Positions 34,928 to 47,800 of a stretch of DNA of 64,000 nt are shown in pieces. The notes under the pieces are model-generated. The model was not told the origin of the DNA and made no database searches. It saw only the letters and a program-made list of their open reading frames with translations. Position numbers and translations under genes: made by a program. The stretch comes from Thalia democratica (Eukaryota): the NCBI GenBank assembly GCA_965202585.1, contig OZ241826.1:70804001-70868000 (forward strand), written 5' to 3'. The number at the start of each line of letters is the position of its first letter. Within the stretch, counting starts at the first letter, position 1.

Positions 34928-36992
34928 TAGGGGTGGGCAACAGGGGTGACGCGTTGAGAGGAACACTGAAGCAGTCGTTCCTCTTAAAAAAACGAGTATA
35001 AAATGTATCAATTTTATCCTTAATGTTTATAATTTCCCTGTTAAATTTGTTTTTTTCAACTATGTATGCTTGGTATTCGAAAAATTCCTTCCCCAGGAAC
35101 ACAGATAGCATTGTGTCCTTCTAAAAATATTTTCAATGGATTTGAAAAAATTTTCAATACATCAATTCCATAAAAATTACAAATATCAGTCTCTTTGATA
35201 GTAAATATACTACAATAAAATACTAATTATTTGTAAAAAAACCATAAAGCTAAACTTATTTTATAAAAATAGGTCAAGAATAAATAAGTTTTCATAAAAA
35301 AGTAATAAATAAATTTGATACAGTGCGTACTGTTAATATAGTGTTGTCTTACTAAAAAAAAAAAATTTCAAATCTTGGTAAGTGAAAAAAGTTATAGTAT
35401 TAGTAATTTTATATTTACTTAAAAAGTGATCAAATTAAAGTTTGTCTATGTACCAGCCAGTAAAGGAAAATTGTCAATTTATTTTTATTAATTTGAGAAC
35501 CTTTTGATATTTTTTTTAAACTACTTCAACTTATTCAAAATAAAACTATTGAGAAAAGTAACAAATTATTATTTTCCGTTTAAAATAGAAACTTTAGGCC
35601 ATAACGAGTTCATTTTATTATTTAGGCCTAATAAACATTTCAACAATTAAAGTTTTAACGTGATAAGGCGATAGAGGGGGGTTAAACTCTTTAAAAAGTT
35701 TGTCTTATCTCTTACATTAAAAAAAAAACAATATTTAATTTATACCATTTATTTTGAAATTTATATGTAATTTATGAGACTTGAAGGCAAAAACAGAGTA
35801 CTTCACTAAAGATGTATCTCATCCTTCAACTTTTGAATGGTTGTTTTTAAATCTTTTCAGTCAATTATTAAATACGTTTAAGAAACTTGTAAGAAATATA
35901 TTTCTAATCAAAAGTTATTTATTATCTAAAAAAATAAATTATTTTAATTTAGGTCATAAATGAAAAAAAAAACTTTTTATTAATTGTTTGTTTCATTAAA
36001 ATAAATATTTCATAAAAACTTGAAGTAAATTGCTTTTAAAATGAAGGAAGATGTATATTTTTTGTACATTTTTCGAAGTTTAGAAAAAAGGGCCCTTAGA
36101 ATTTGTGTTAAATACATTTAAGTCAGAAGTTTTTACAAAACTGGTAAAAGTTAACTGTTTTTTTTATGAAAAAAGTTTAGTATATAAAACGTTAGACACA
36201 ATTTGATCTTTGTTTGTTAATTTTGTTTATTGAAAACAAAAGCCGACTAAACTTCGCCTTTTATTTTTTAATGTTTCGATTTTTTATATAAACGTTTTTT
36301 GTTATTAGATAGTGTTACATGTAGGTTGTTTTAAAAATTTTAAGCGAAAAGTAACTAAACTTTACTTTTGTTATTTAACTAAAAAAAGGTTTAACTGTTT
36401 TAGGTAAATATTTTTGGTTATTAACATTAATAACCTTTGTATTGTTTTTCAAATTGCTTCCACTAGATTTTTTTTTGTATAAAAGTTGTTCATTATTAAC
36501 TAACTAAGTATCTAATTCAAGTTTATATTTGTGCAAATACATAAAACATGAAAATTTAATTTAAAAAAAAGCTATAATTGTTTGTTTTGAAAAAATTAGT
36601 ATTTTTTAGAACAGCAACTTCGATTTACTTTATTTAACAAAGTTAATTTAATTGCCTAAAAAAAGACAAAGTTAGTTGATTTTTTGAAAATATAAAATTT
36701 TGCACATACCCTAACCAAAATACCACGAGTCGCTACTGGTAGGCAACGTTCGACCCGTAAAATATCTGGCCCACAATGTATCTTTGTTTTCAAAACAACT
36801 TTTGAAAGTAAAAAAGCTCTTTGAAACGTGCCTTAAACTTGAATTCCAGTAAAAACTAATGAGTTTTCTATTTCAGTTTTATTTTTAGAGATTTTAAAAA
36901 GTTTGTAGATAATATATATCAAAATAACGCGTCCCACAAAAAATAAATCTACTAAACCTTGACAGCACACTAAAAAAAGTTACCCATCTTTA
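34928..36992. mobile_element. Old, degenerate hAT-type element between P5 and the arrestin 3' end
   Basis: Left TIR TAGGGGTGGGCAAC; right end reverse-complemented TAAAGATGGGTAAC (10/14, all four differences are transitions). Imperfect 8-bp TSD TTCTGACA / GTCTAACA (6/8). Confidence 0.45.
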
Positions 36993-38887
36993 GTCTAACA
37001 TTTGTTTCCTAAACATTTTTGAACCATAAATAAGTCTTAGACTTTGACAGCCAACCTTATATAATGTATTATACTTCAACTACTTGAAATTAATAAAGTT
37101 CATGAATTGAAGGTGTTTTAACATTTGAAAAGTTTTAGAAGTTTATTGTAAAATACGTGCTTTTCTTTTCATTAAAAAAAATTTTTTTACTTGAACAAAA
37201 TTTGGCAATCTTTAAATATCAATTAATAGAAAAAAGTATTTTGAGGTTCTTTGAAAATAAGATGCATATCTATTAGAATTATTTTTTAAAGTTTAAAGTT
37301 CATAGAGCTACACTTATTATTGTATAAGATTTAATCGAAGTTATCAGCTGAATAAATTAAGTTTTATTTAAGAAACTTTTGTTTAATCGTTTACTTTTGT
37401 ATTGTAATTAAAATTTTGTTAGTATACGCACCACAACCAATAAAAAAATTGTTAAAATTATTTCTTTTAAACTAACAATAAAAAAGTATAACTTGTGTTA
37501 ATAAAACTCATTGTGTTGTAGAAACATTAGATATATATAGTCAAAACAAACACATAGTTAAAGCATTTTAGTTTATTTAGCAAAACAAAAACAACAAGTT
37601 ACTAAAAACACATTAATATTAGCCTTTAAAGATTAAACAACTAGAACTATAATATTTTAGCTGCTATAAATAGAAAAAATTGAATATTAAAGGGCGGAAT
37701 GAAAATACAAATCTACTGCAGTAAATTTGAAAACATAGTAAACAAAATCTTTAAAAAAAGTTATTAAAAAAAAACATTTTTGTCATAATTACTGTTTAAG
37801 AACTATATAACTATACTAAGTAGATACATAACAACACATTTACTAAACTTTTTTTGACAACTCAATTTAAAATATCAGAAAACAAGTCTTCAGAGAAATT
37901 CCGACACTTACCTGTATATGATGTTAGCAGCAAAATTTTACAAATAGTAAATGAGGGTTTCGGTTAGCTTGAAAAGTGTAGCTTCTTCTGTTACTCGTGT
38001 TAGATACAAATAGTTGCATTAGGAGGCGCAAAGCAGCAAAAATTAATGCGCAAGTATTATTAGTACAAGCTACTAGGGTGGGTGAAAGTTAGTACTGAGC
38101 CGTTTTCTACAACAAAGTACCAACATTGACGGGGAGGAATTATTTGTATGTTGAAAACTTGACTGCTAGGAAAATTCAGACACTTGACAACACTGACTAT
38201 GTAAAAATTTTACTGAAACACCCTCTTAATTAGTAGATACAAATTCTTAGTAGTGTTATTTTTTCAAAAGAGTAAGCAAAAAAGTATTTTAAAAACAAAC
38301 GGTTTCATCAAAAAACATTGGCAAAATCTAAACGACACAACCGGACGTAAAGGTCTGATGAAAATCACGATATTGAAAAAAAAGAAGCTTCACTCGAAAT
38401 GAAAATATATTCATAAAGAAAAAATCATACAACAGACTAGTCATTATGTTACATTTCAGTCTTTCCTCAAGAAAAGCTTCAGCGCAGCAAAAATCGATAA
38501 ACTATATTCTTTCAAGCGCTATACACATTGAATCGATATTTTTCTGATAAGTAAGAAACATACATGATGATAATACAATGATACTCAATAAAATTTATAT
38601 ATAAAACCGAATTGAAACTGTTGAAAACTCGAATTTTGACAATATCTTAAACATGATCTGTTGTTGTTGATCAAAAAATATTCAATTGAGACATAACACA
38701 AGTTTTTAAGACAAAGTATTTAATTGAAATATAATAATCGTTTTTTTAATAAAAAGGTACAAAATTAAAGGGTAACTACTATACACGGTCGTACAGACTT
38801 ATGGCGTAAATTGGCCTGATTTTCCATACATAAGTACGGAAACACGATTACAGCGGAAAATCGAGTGATAGCAGCTCTCTATATGAC

Positions 38888-41800
38888 TCAAGCGTTCGAC
38901 TGGGCCTCACCTGAAATTTGAACTGGTATAAGAATTTATGCAAACTTTAAACAGAAGTAAATGAGTGTAGTAAATAAACTAAAATTTATTTAAAATTTGT
39001 GACTTTTACTGGGGTATACAATTTCTTTTCGAAATGATTTTTTTTTTTTGATTTATAGCTTTATTTGTAAAATGGTGAGAAGTACAATTACCTTGAAGCC
39101 TCATTCTAGCGAAATCTTCAAACACGATGTCATCCGGATTGTTGGGCTTCTTCTGAGTTGCTGCTGCGCCGCTCACCACAGCCGGTTGTGCAACTCTGTA
39201 ACTTTTTTAACTAACATTTGTCTGCAATATAACACGAGCAACACCACAAACTTGTAATTTAAAAATGCAAATGTTAAAAAAATTATTTTATGAATATTTA
39301 AACTAAAAAAAAATTCTGTTTCCACAATTTTTTTTCCATGACTACAAAAAAATAAACAAACTCTGCTTCCGGAGTTTCGAAAGATATCAAGTTGTGGGAA
39401 ACTCCCTCTTTGGCAACTTCCTTTTTCTCCGCTTCCACCGCCACGGCGGCGGGTTCCACCTCAGGGGCAGTTTCTTTCTTGTCAACTTTGGACGAATCTT
39501 TGGAAGATTGGGGAGAAGTTGAAGATTCGGGAGGAACGTCCGGCTTGGAATGCATCAGTGTCACTGGAAGCTCCACTGACAAGTCTCTGTGAATATTTAC
39601 ATGAATAATTGCAACAAAATTATAAATTTATTTTTCTTAAATTTAAAACTGCTAAAAGATTATAAAAGTCTTTTTTTAAACACAACAGAGATAAAGTTGT
39701 TTTTGTTCAAACCATATCTGCCCCAGTCAGAACCAGAACGAAGCAACTTTAAACTGTTTTAAAATATAAACTATAACAATGCAAACATCTGAAATATTTT
39801 CTTTCAAGTGAACATCACAGTTTTATAATCAGTCAAGTAATTTGCATATTATTTAAAATTTTGATAGATAAATATAAACAAACATCAATAGTACACAGTC
39901 TAAAATACCACAATCAGTGGTCAGCTAATTCATATACAATGTAAACTGCGTATGACCAACTGTGTGATTTCTGAAGCATTTCAAGTGTAAAACTTTAACT
40001 TTTAGTTTTATGCTAAGAAATGAAGTTATTATTATATATAGCTTCTTCGAATTGCATGCTGTGTAAACAAGTCTCGAATAATTGCACTGTCAACATCAAA
40101 GAACCAATGTTTAGTATTTCTAACAGCAAACCATGTTGCTAAAAACATAAGTACAAAACATTATTCTGAATAAAAAAAGTTTATATTTAAACCAAAGGAA
40201 AAACTACCTCAAAGCATGTAATAACACTTTTTTAGCATAAAGTTTAACTGAATGATAAAAGAACGTCTTTATTTTTTTTACCACAAAAGATTGCAGAAAT
40301 AATAAATAAATTAAAAAATATTCATTAACAGTGTTATATAAATGAAAAGCTATGTGTACTTCAATCAACATACAAATTTAAGCAACACCGTTTCTACCAT
40401 AAAAGCACAAATAGCTACATTAAATAAATATAAAAGTAAAAAGTTGTAAAAAAAGTTTTTAATTGAAAATTTTAGTTGAAAAATTACAATATTCAACGCA
40501 CCCAGTTGTATTTTTAATTAGCAATTAGTTATTTTTACTAATAAAGTTTTTAAAGTCTAAGTCTAAAACTCAATTGAAACTAGGTTAGTTTACTTTAAAC
40601 ATTTACTACATTATATAACTTACAAATGATATTTTAGATACAATTTCTGTCAAAACTTTTAAACTTTAATAGGAAATAAACCAAGTTAAATTTAGGCGGA
40701 AAAAATTCAGCTGTTGATTCACTATGGTGATATAAATAAGAATATGAAAAATGACTCATACTTCAGTAGTGTCATTCACCAAAAATCTTGAAATACTCAG
40801 TTTTAAGTATGGTTAAAGTTAATAAAAAAAAGGGAGAATTATTGATAACATTTAAAGTTTTCTTTAAATTTAAGTAGAAACAAGATAACATGTTTACATT
40901 AAGGCTATTTACATTTACATTTAAATTACCATGTTTTAATAAATTAGTATTATCTAAATTAAATAGTATGTTTTAAATGTACTTATAAATTAACAAAAAA
41001 ATTATTTAAATTTTTAGTTGTACGTAAAACTTGTGTAAGCTGTCAGCTTAACCAACTGTTAAAATAATTTTAAGCCCTATATGTATATTAGTTTTCAAAG
41101 ATTAATGATAAATATCTATTAGTATTAGTAGCTAAAAACACTACGTGGTATTTTAAAGCCCAACTGTTTAAATTGACAGGTAGATAACTACTAAACAACA
41201 AAAACTCAATTTTCATATATAAACTCAACGCAGAAATGACAACTGAAACACCTACATTAATGCTAATTTAGATCAAATAATAGATTGAAAAGAAGTTTTT
41301 TTGTAACATAATGCTTTTCTATTGTAAATTTACACTATTTTTCAAAACAGCATAAATTTTATTTATCAAAGTCAGAAAAATACTCATTAAAAAACTGTAC
41401 AAGCATACAAAAAAGTATGAATATTAAAAGTACAAGTTAAAAAAAATGCACAGTATAACCTTAAGCTAAAATCTTTTAATTAGAGTATAATTATTTTAAT
41501 AAAAAAACTGCTTTGATACTTCAATAATACCTCTATATTTTACGTTTTGAAGTGAAAAGCTTATTACCTTAAGAACTTATAATCTTCGATTTTTTTGATT
41601 GATAACTTTTATTTCACAAGCTTTATAGTTCTTACTGACACATTTCTTGAGTAAAATTTAAATAAACTAACCCTGAAAGTCCACCAAGAATCAGTTTAAC
41701 TTTCACTTTGTATTGTACGATTATTCCCAAATTTTCTTTAGCAATTCCTTCTTTTATACTGCAAAATGTAAACATGTTACACTTACCAAGCTTCATTAAC

Positions 41801-44800
41801 CAAGAAACTTATTAAAGTTTAGGACTATTTAATTGTTACATAAGTTATCTGAAAATATAAATATATATATTTAAAGTTTTCTAAATGACATTATTTTCAA
41901 CAACAAAATCTACCTTTAGTAAAAACAATTAAAAAAAATATTTAAATAAAAATAAATTTACTAAATACAAAGGTTAAAAACGTAAAAAATATTACTGTGT
42001 AAAAAATTAAACATTAACAATATTATCATATATTTTAAATTTTTATTAAACTTTTGTCCTTTAAGTGCGTTTCAGGTCAACTTTTCAAATTCTTTTTTTT
42101 ATCAACTTAAAGCGATTTTTCAACTAAAACAGCCTTAAAGAACTCGTTGCACATAATATAATTAAAAAAAAAACTTTACTCTAGCTAAATGTAAGGCCGA
42201 GTCAATTTAAAACTCTCACATTGTGCTTGAGGCGAGGTTGGTGTCCTCGTGTTTCAGTTGGCCGTCCAAAGCCAGTCCTCTTTTGTCGCGGTTGTTTGAC
42301 AGTTGCGGGCAAATCTGGTACACCTTGCACAGAGTGGATGACGATGCTACCTGATCACTGCAAAAATATACTTTAGGAACAATTAGCTTTCAAATGGCGC
42401 GTGACGTAATTATAGCACATGCGTGGTTGTCTGTTGTTTGCAAACACAAGTCAAACTTTAGTGTGATGATTTTTGTTGAGAATAATATCATAATATTTTT
42501 GTTGTTTTTGTAGAAAAATAACTAGTCGCTAATTCAAGATAAATTTAAAAACTGCAGTTGTAAATTACTTTGTTTTGAACACAACTAATTAAAATAAATT
42601 TCAAGACAATTAAATAAATACTAATTATGCAAATAACTAAATGGAAAAATAACATAATGATTTATTTAATTTATTCCATTTGAAGTAGTTCTAAATAAAA
42701 GTATCAGTAATTTCTGAAAACTTTAATTATACTTTAGTTATTAAACTATCATAAAACAAAAGTTTAAATTTAATGTATTTTGAGATTTTGTCATAATCCT
42801 GATGACTGTAAAAGCAGTTCATTTTGGCTCTACTTCACTTGAAAGAAACAAACTCAACTATTATTGACCACACAAACAAAAAAGTCAACCAACTCAGCTT
42901 CGAGCACGGCGACAGGGCACTTGTACTGAGCGTTGGAGAAGAGGCATATGTCAGCGTACTGCCTCACCGTGATCTTTATCTTCTTCACGTTCTTCGACGA
43001 GTTGTTCGTCACTTGCACGTTCACGCTGATCGTCTCGCCGTGGTAGTACAACTGTTGGTGACGTCACAATACGAATTTAGTTAAATGTTTTAAGGTTCTT
43101 AAAGAAAAGATATTAAAAAAAAAAAAAAAAGTCTACCAAAATTGCCCACCAAGGAAAAATATTTTTATGCTAAAAAGCAACTAATGTAGAAGAGCATATT
43201 TACGCTTTTTTTTCATTAAAGTTAAGTTATATGCTTAATTTCGGTACACTTTCCTGCACATTTCGAAAACAATTGCTCTTAACTGAAGTTGGCTACTAAA
43301 TAATCTTTCGCATAATTTTGAATCTAGTTAGCAACTAAATTATGCAGGGTCACCAAAAGTTTTTAAATTTTTTTCCAAGCTTTTGCAAGTACAAGTTCTT
43401 TTTGTCCATTTTTTTTATAAAGTTAAATTTAAGGTAAAAAACTATCTTAAATGTTACAAAAATATTGAAAAGATACTGTAATGCTATTTTAAAATTGTTT
43501 TATAACAAATAAAATTCCAATGTTACCAAAAAACTATTTTATGCGATAGATTTTTGGTATCTAATCTAAATTTCATATAATATATCAGGGTAGCCACTTG
43601 TTTTTGAGAAATTTATCATAGGCTTTTAAAAGTACACGTTTTTGGGTCTATTTTTGGCTTAAAGGCTAAAAACTGAGTTAAGTAGTATAACAACATTAAA
43701 AAGATAATGTTAAGCTAGTTTAAGTGTGTTTTTTAATAAAAAAAATTTTGATGATGACAATTTTTTTACCATACAGTGCTTATTCACTTATCCGGACAGT
43801 TTCGGTCAGAATAAAACTCAAAAAATTTTCAATAGTAAACACAAAAATTCATTCAAAAAGTTTCACAACTTTTTAAATTCCACTTTTATTATGCATTGCA
43901 TTATATGCAGGAGTTTTACTATTATATGAAAAAATTGATTTTTTGTACTTATCCGGACAGGTTTACAGAAAAATCTTGCCCAACGTGTCTGGATAAGTGA
44001 ATAAGCACTGTAGTGATAGATTTTTGGGTCAAATCAAAATTTTACTACTTAACATGCAAAAATTGCTTAAACGTCCAGGTTTTTTAGTGATCTTTGTTCC
44101 AAATTCTAGTTTTTTTTTAGCCTAAAATGTCAAATTCCAGGTATAGTGGCCGAGCCACCCTGATTACATGTGAAAATTGTTAGAAATTTCAGATTGTTTT
44201 TCAAAATTTCTCAAACTCTAGGTTTTTTGAGGTTACTTTTGCTTAAATTGTTATATTCCAGAATTCCAGGTTTTTTGGCAGCTCTGTTTATGTCATATTT
44301 ACCATATCGGCCAGGGACCTTTTATCATAAACGGGCTAAAATTACTAAAATTTCGTTGAGGGCCACATTATAGTAAAAAAGTCCTTACATGAATGACCAT
44401 AATCTGTTTGAAAAAGTTGAAGCTAAAGAAACAAAATTAAATTGAGAGCAGTTGTGTAAGGAAACAAATATAAGTAAGCAACACAACGTATTCAAAATAA
44501 TCAAAAAACATTAAAAAAATAAATATCTTTATAAAATATTAGTAGTTGTAAGATAACTATAGTTTTAAAAAAACATAAAAAAGTAAGATCTATTCAACTA
44601 GTAATTGATAAGGTTTTCATTCAAATCCCAGAGATTATAAAAACTAAAGACCGATTTTTATTAGTTTACTTTTAAGTACACTTATTAGTCTACAAGCTTT
44701 TTTTTCACATTCAGAGACACTCTACTAAAATTCGCATACATATTTACTACATTTAGACAAAAAATATAACATTGTTTGCCTACCATTTTTGGCAGCATTA

Positions 44801-47800
44801 AAAGAAGTAGTTGCCAACTTACTTAATTGTACTAATTAAATGGAACTTTTTTAAAATTTACAACAAAATATTAAGAGAAACCAACTAAAAACTTTGTATA
44901 GTTTATGACCTGAAATTTAAAATAAGTTTTATTGCAGGTCAGTTTTACTTTGGAATAAATCTAAATATAGAATCTAAATGAACTACAAGGTTTTCAAAAC
45001 TACTCGATAAGTTATTCATTTTATTTGGAAATTTAATATTAATCGTCAATGTAATTAATTTTACAACATGAAACATTTACACACAGAGTCAACTTTTAAA
45101 TAAATTTGTACACTTACTATACTATCGATTCGTTATTTTTTTTTTAAGTTTAACATTAACCTACTTTTATTTTAAGCAACAAAATTAATTTAAACATTTT
45201 TTTCTTTGTCAAATGTTTTAACCTTACAAGAAAGTTAAAGGTTTACCCAATTTTGATTAATTTAAAGGTTAATATAGTGTTTAATAGGTTTTATGTAATA
45301 ATTGTAAACGTGCAAAAATTTAAATTAGCATCCTATATATAAATTTGTTTTTCTTAAGTATGTTATGAAAAAGAATTCATTAACCTAAAAACAAATCAAA
45401 ATTGTCGACCAGCTGTGTTAAGAATACTTTAATTTTGCTGAGATATTTAACACTTGACATGAATTTTAAAAAGTTAATACGTCTAAACAACAAAAAGCAA
45501 AGTTAAGAGTTGAACTCTTATTGATTTATATCGATTAAATTAAAAATTATAAAACATCTTGGAACACAGGTTTGTTATGTTATTTAACCCTATTTACTTT
45601 AATAAGTTTAAGTTTTAAAAAAATTTCAAATTATCTTTTAATTAACATACCGTTTCTACTTACTTTGAAAAGAAAGAAACATATGTGCTTATATATCATA
45701 AAAATTAATGTTTACAGACACAGTTTTAGTAGTAAGAACAGAGAAAAACTATATTTAAACACGTACAGTTACAGTAAAGCTTTATCTGCGTTTTGAAATA
45801 AACCGGTACTAATAAAATTAAGCGGCCTCAAAAAAAAAAAAAAAACAAACGAAAAACAACAGCAGCAAAAATTCGACCTTTGCAATTAAAAACGTCGCGC
45901 TTTAAAACAGATAGAGAGGTGTTTCAAACTCACGTCTTTGTCTAGGGAAGCTTCCAAATTGAGCGGCTTGTCGCTCATCAGAAACAACTTTTGGGCGTCG
46001 GCAGTTGGCTGCGGTCCCTTCTTGTTCAGCGCGAACTGGATCTTTCGTATTGCCAAGCGAACAGAGTTCCTGCGAAGTTTTAATTTGCTTAACTCATTAT
46101 GAAGCTGTTTATCGATTTTGGATGCGTAGCATTCATATGTGTGTGTAGGTGATTTCAGGTGGTAAAATCGATAGTTAGTAGTTTTTTTTTTTGCAACAAA
46201 CTTAAATGTTTAAAGTGTAATGAGATGACGCTTAACTGTGAGTTCATTTAGTTTAATTTTCATTTGTTAAACAAGTTGTTGGGAAAATTTCAAAAAATCA
46301 TTAGTAGAAAAGATTAATTATAAAATTATTGATTGAAAAGCAATTTGTGGTTTTGATAATAAATAGTAAAAAAACAAAAAAAAAACCATTATTGTGTATG
46401 CTTCCTTTAAAGTTTAAACTTTACCATATTAAAATAATCTTACATAATCTGTTTTCAAAAACAAACTTTGTAATCAAACCTTAATAACAAATATGTCAAT
46501 TAATCATATTTAAAAAAAAAACCAAAACAATCCATATTTGAAAATTTCCAACTGACTTTTTGTGAGCTTTTTCTTCGGTGTCCTCCGAAACGAAGGTCTT
46601 CAGCTCGTAATCCACGCCGCAAGGTTTCGTCGTGTCCCCGGGGGCGGGCTGGAGGGTCACTGAGCAGGGAGAGTCGCGCGGGATCTGCACAAACGAAAAT
46701 TGTCAAACTTCGTAACGCAGCTTAACATTGTGCTTTTCAGCTTGAAAATCAGAAACCGGATATTTTTTACCATTTTTATGTTGTGATCACAGGGTTGTTT
46801 TTGATCGTGAGTAAATTAATGTTTTACATTTAAAGTGTCTTTAGTAGTCTGCCCTGTACAAAAAGGCTTGTACAAACTAAAAAAAGAGGTGTAAATTGTG
46901 ATTAAAAAAATGATTAAAAGCTTAAAAAACATATATTTCTAAATACAAATTTATCATTAAAATAAAAATATTAGAAAAATTTAGTAAAAACAATTTGGCA
47001 CATGTAAAGTTTCTTCTTGAAGAGTAAAGCACTAAATCATCAGTATAAAAAGTTATCCATATTTAAAGGGTTTCTTATATAATTAAATACATAAGACTTT
47101 TGATTACACTACCATGTTTGTGTTTAATTTTTTTTAATTATCATAATCAGTTATAACCAGTTGTTTAGAAATTTAATGTTAATGGCTTTTAAAAGCAAAA
47201 GCATTTTAAGTTGTACGACATTATTATTCTTTTGTGAATGAAGTCTAAAGCATGTTAATAAGCTACAGAAATTGTGGTAAAAAGAAAAAATATTAACTTC
47301 ATTTTCTATTAGATGATATCTTCTTTTATTTACTATACTTAGTAAATAAACTCCGGATAAACTTATATTACCTAACAAAAAATTCTAAATAAAAAAAATT
47401 AATTAACAATGTCGCATGAAAATACCCCAAAATAATTAAAGTGCTATTTCTCTCGACTTTATAAGTAATTTTTTGTCATAATTGCAAAAGATAAAAGAAT
47501 TCACGGGCTAAATTAATTTCACGAGCTCAAAAAAAATCAATAGTCAAAAGGCGCTCAAATTATATTTTTTGATGGTGTTATAAACATTCCTTTATTAAAT
47601 TAAGTGCAGCTTACATTATGTAAAATTTATGTATCATTGTTAAAAACCTTTAAAACATTACATAATTTTGCTATTTTAATCTATAAGTTTGTTAAAAACT
47701 TTAATCTTACACATTAAAAAAAAAAAATGTCTGTCAATCTAGTGTGTTTATAAAAACACTGTGTAAAATTTTAGTAGTGATTGACCAAAGTAATTATTCA

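Noticed and set aside
39713-39753. Possible cassette exon in arrestin intron 11 (AAACAG|...GATATG|GTTTG on the - strand), at the position of the vertebrate ARRB1 alternative exon
   Set aside because: It is 41 nt (or 34 nt), which breaks the frame and gives a premature stop, and it has no similarity to LLGDLASS. It could only be a poison exon, with no supporting evidence.
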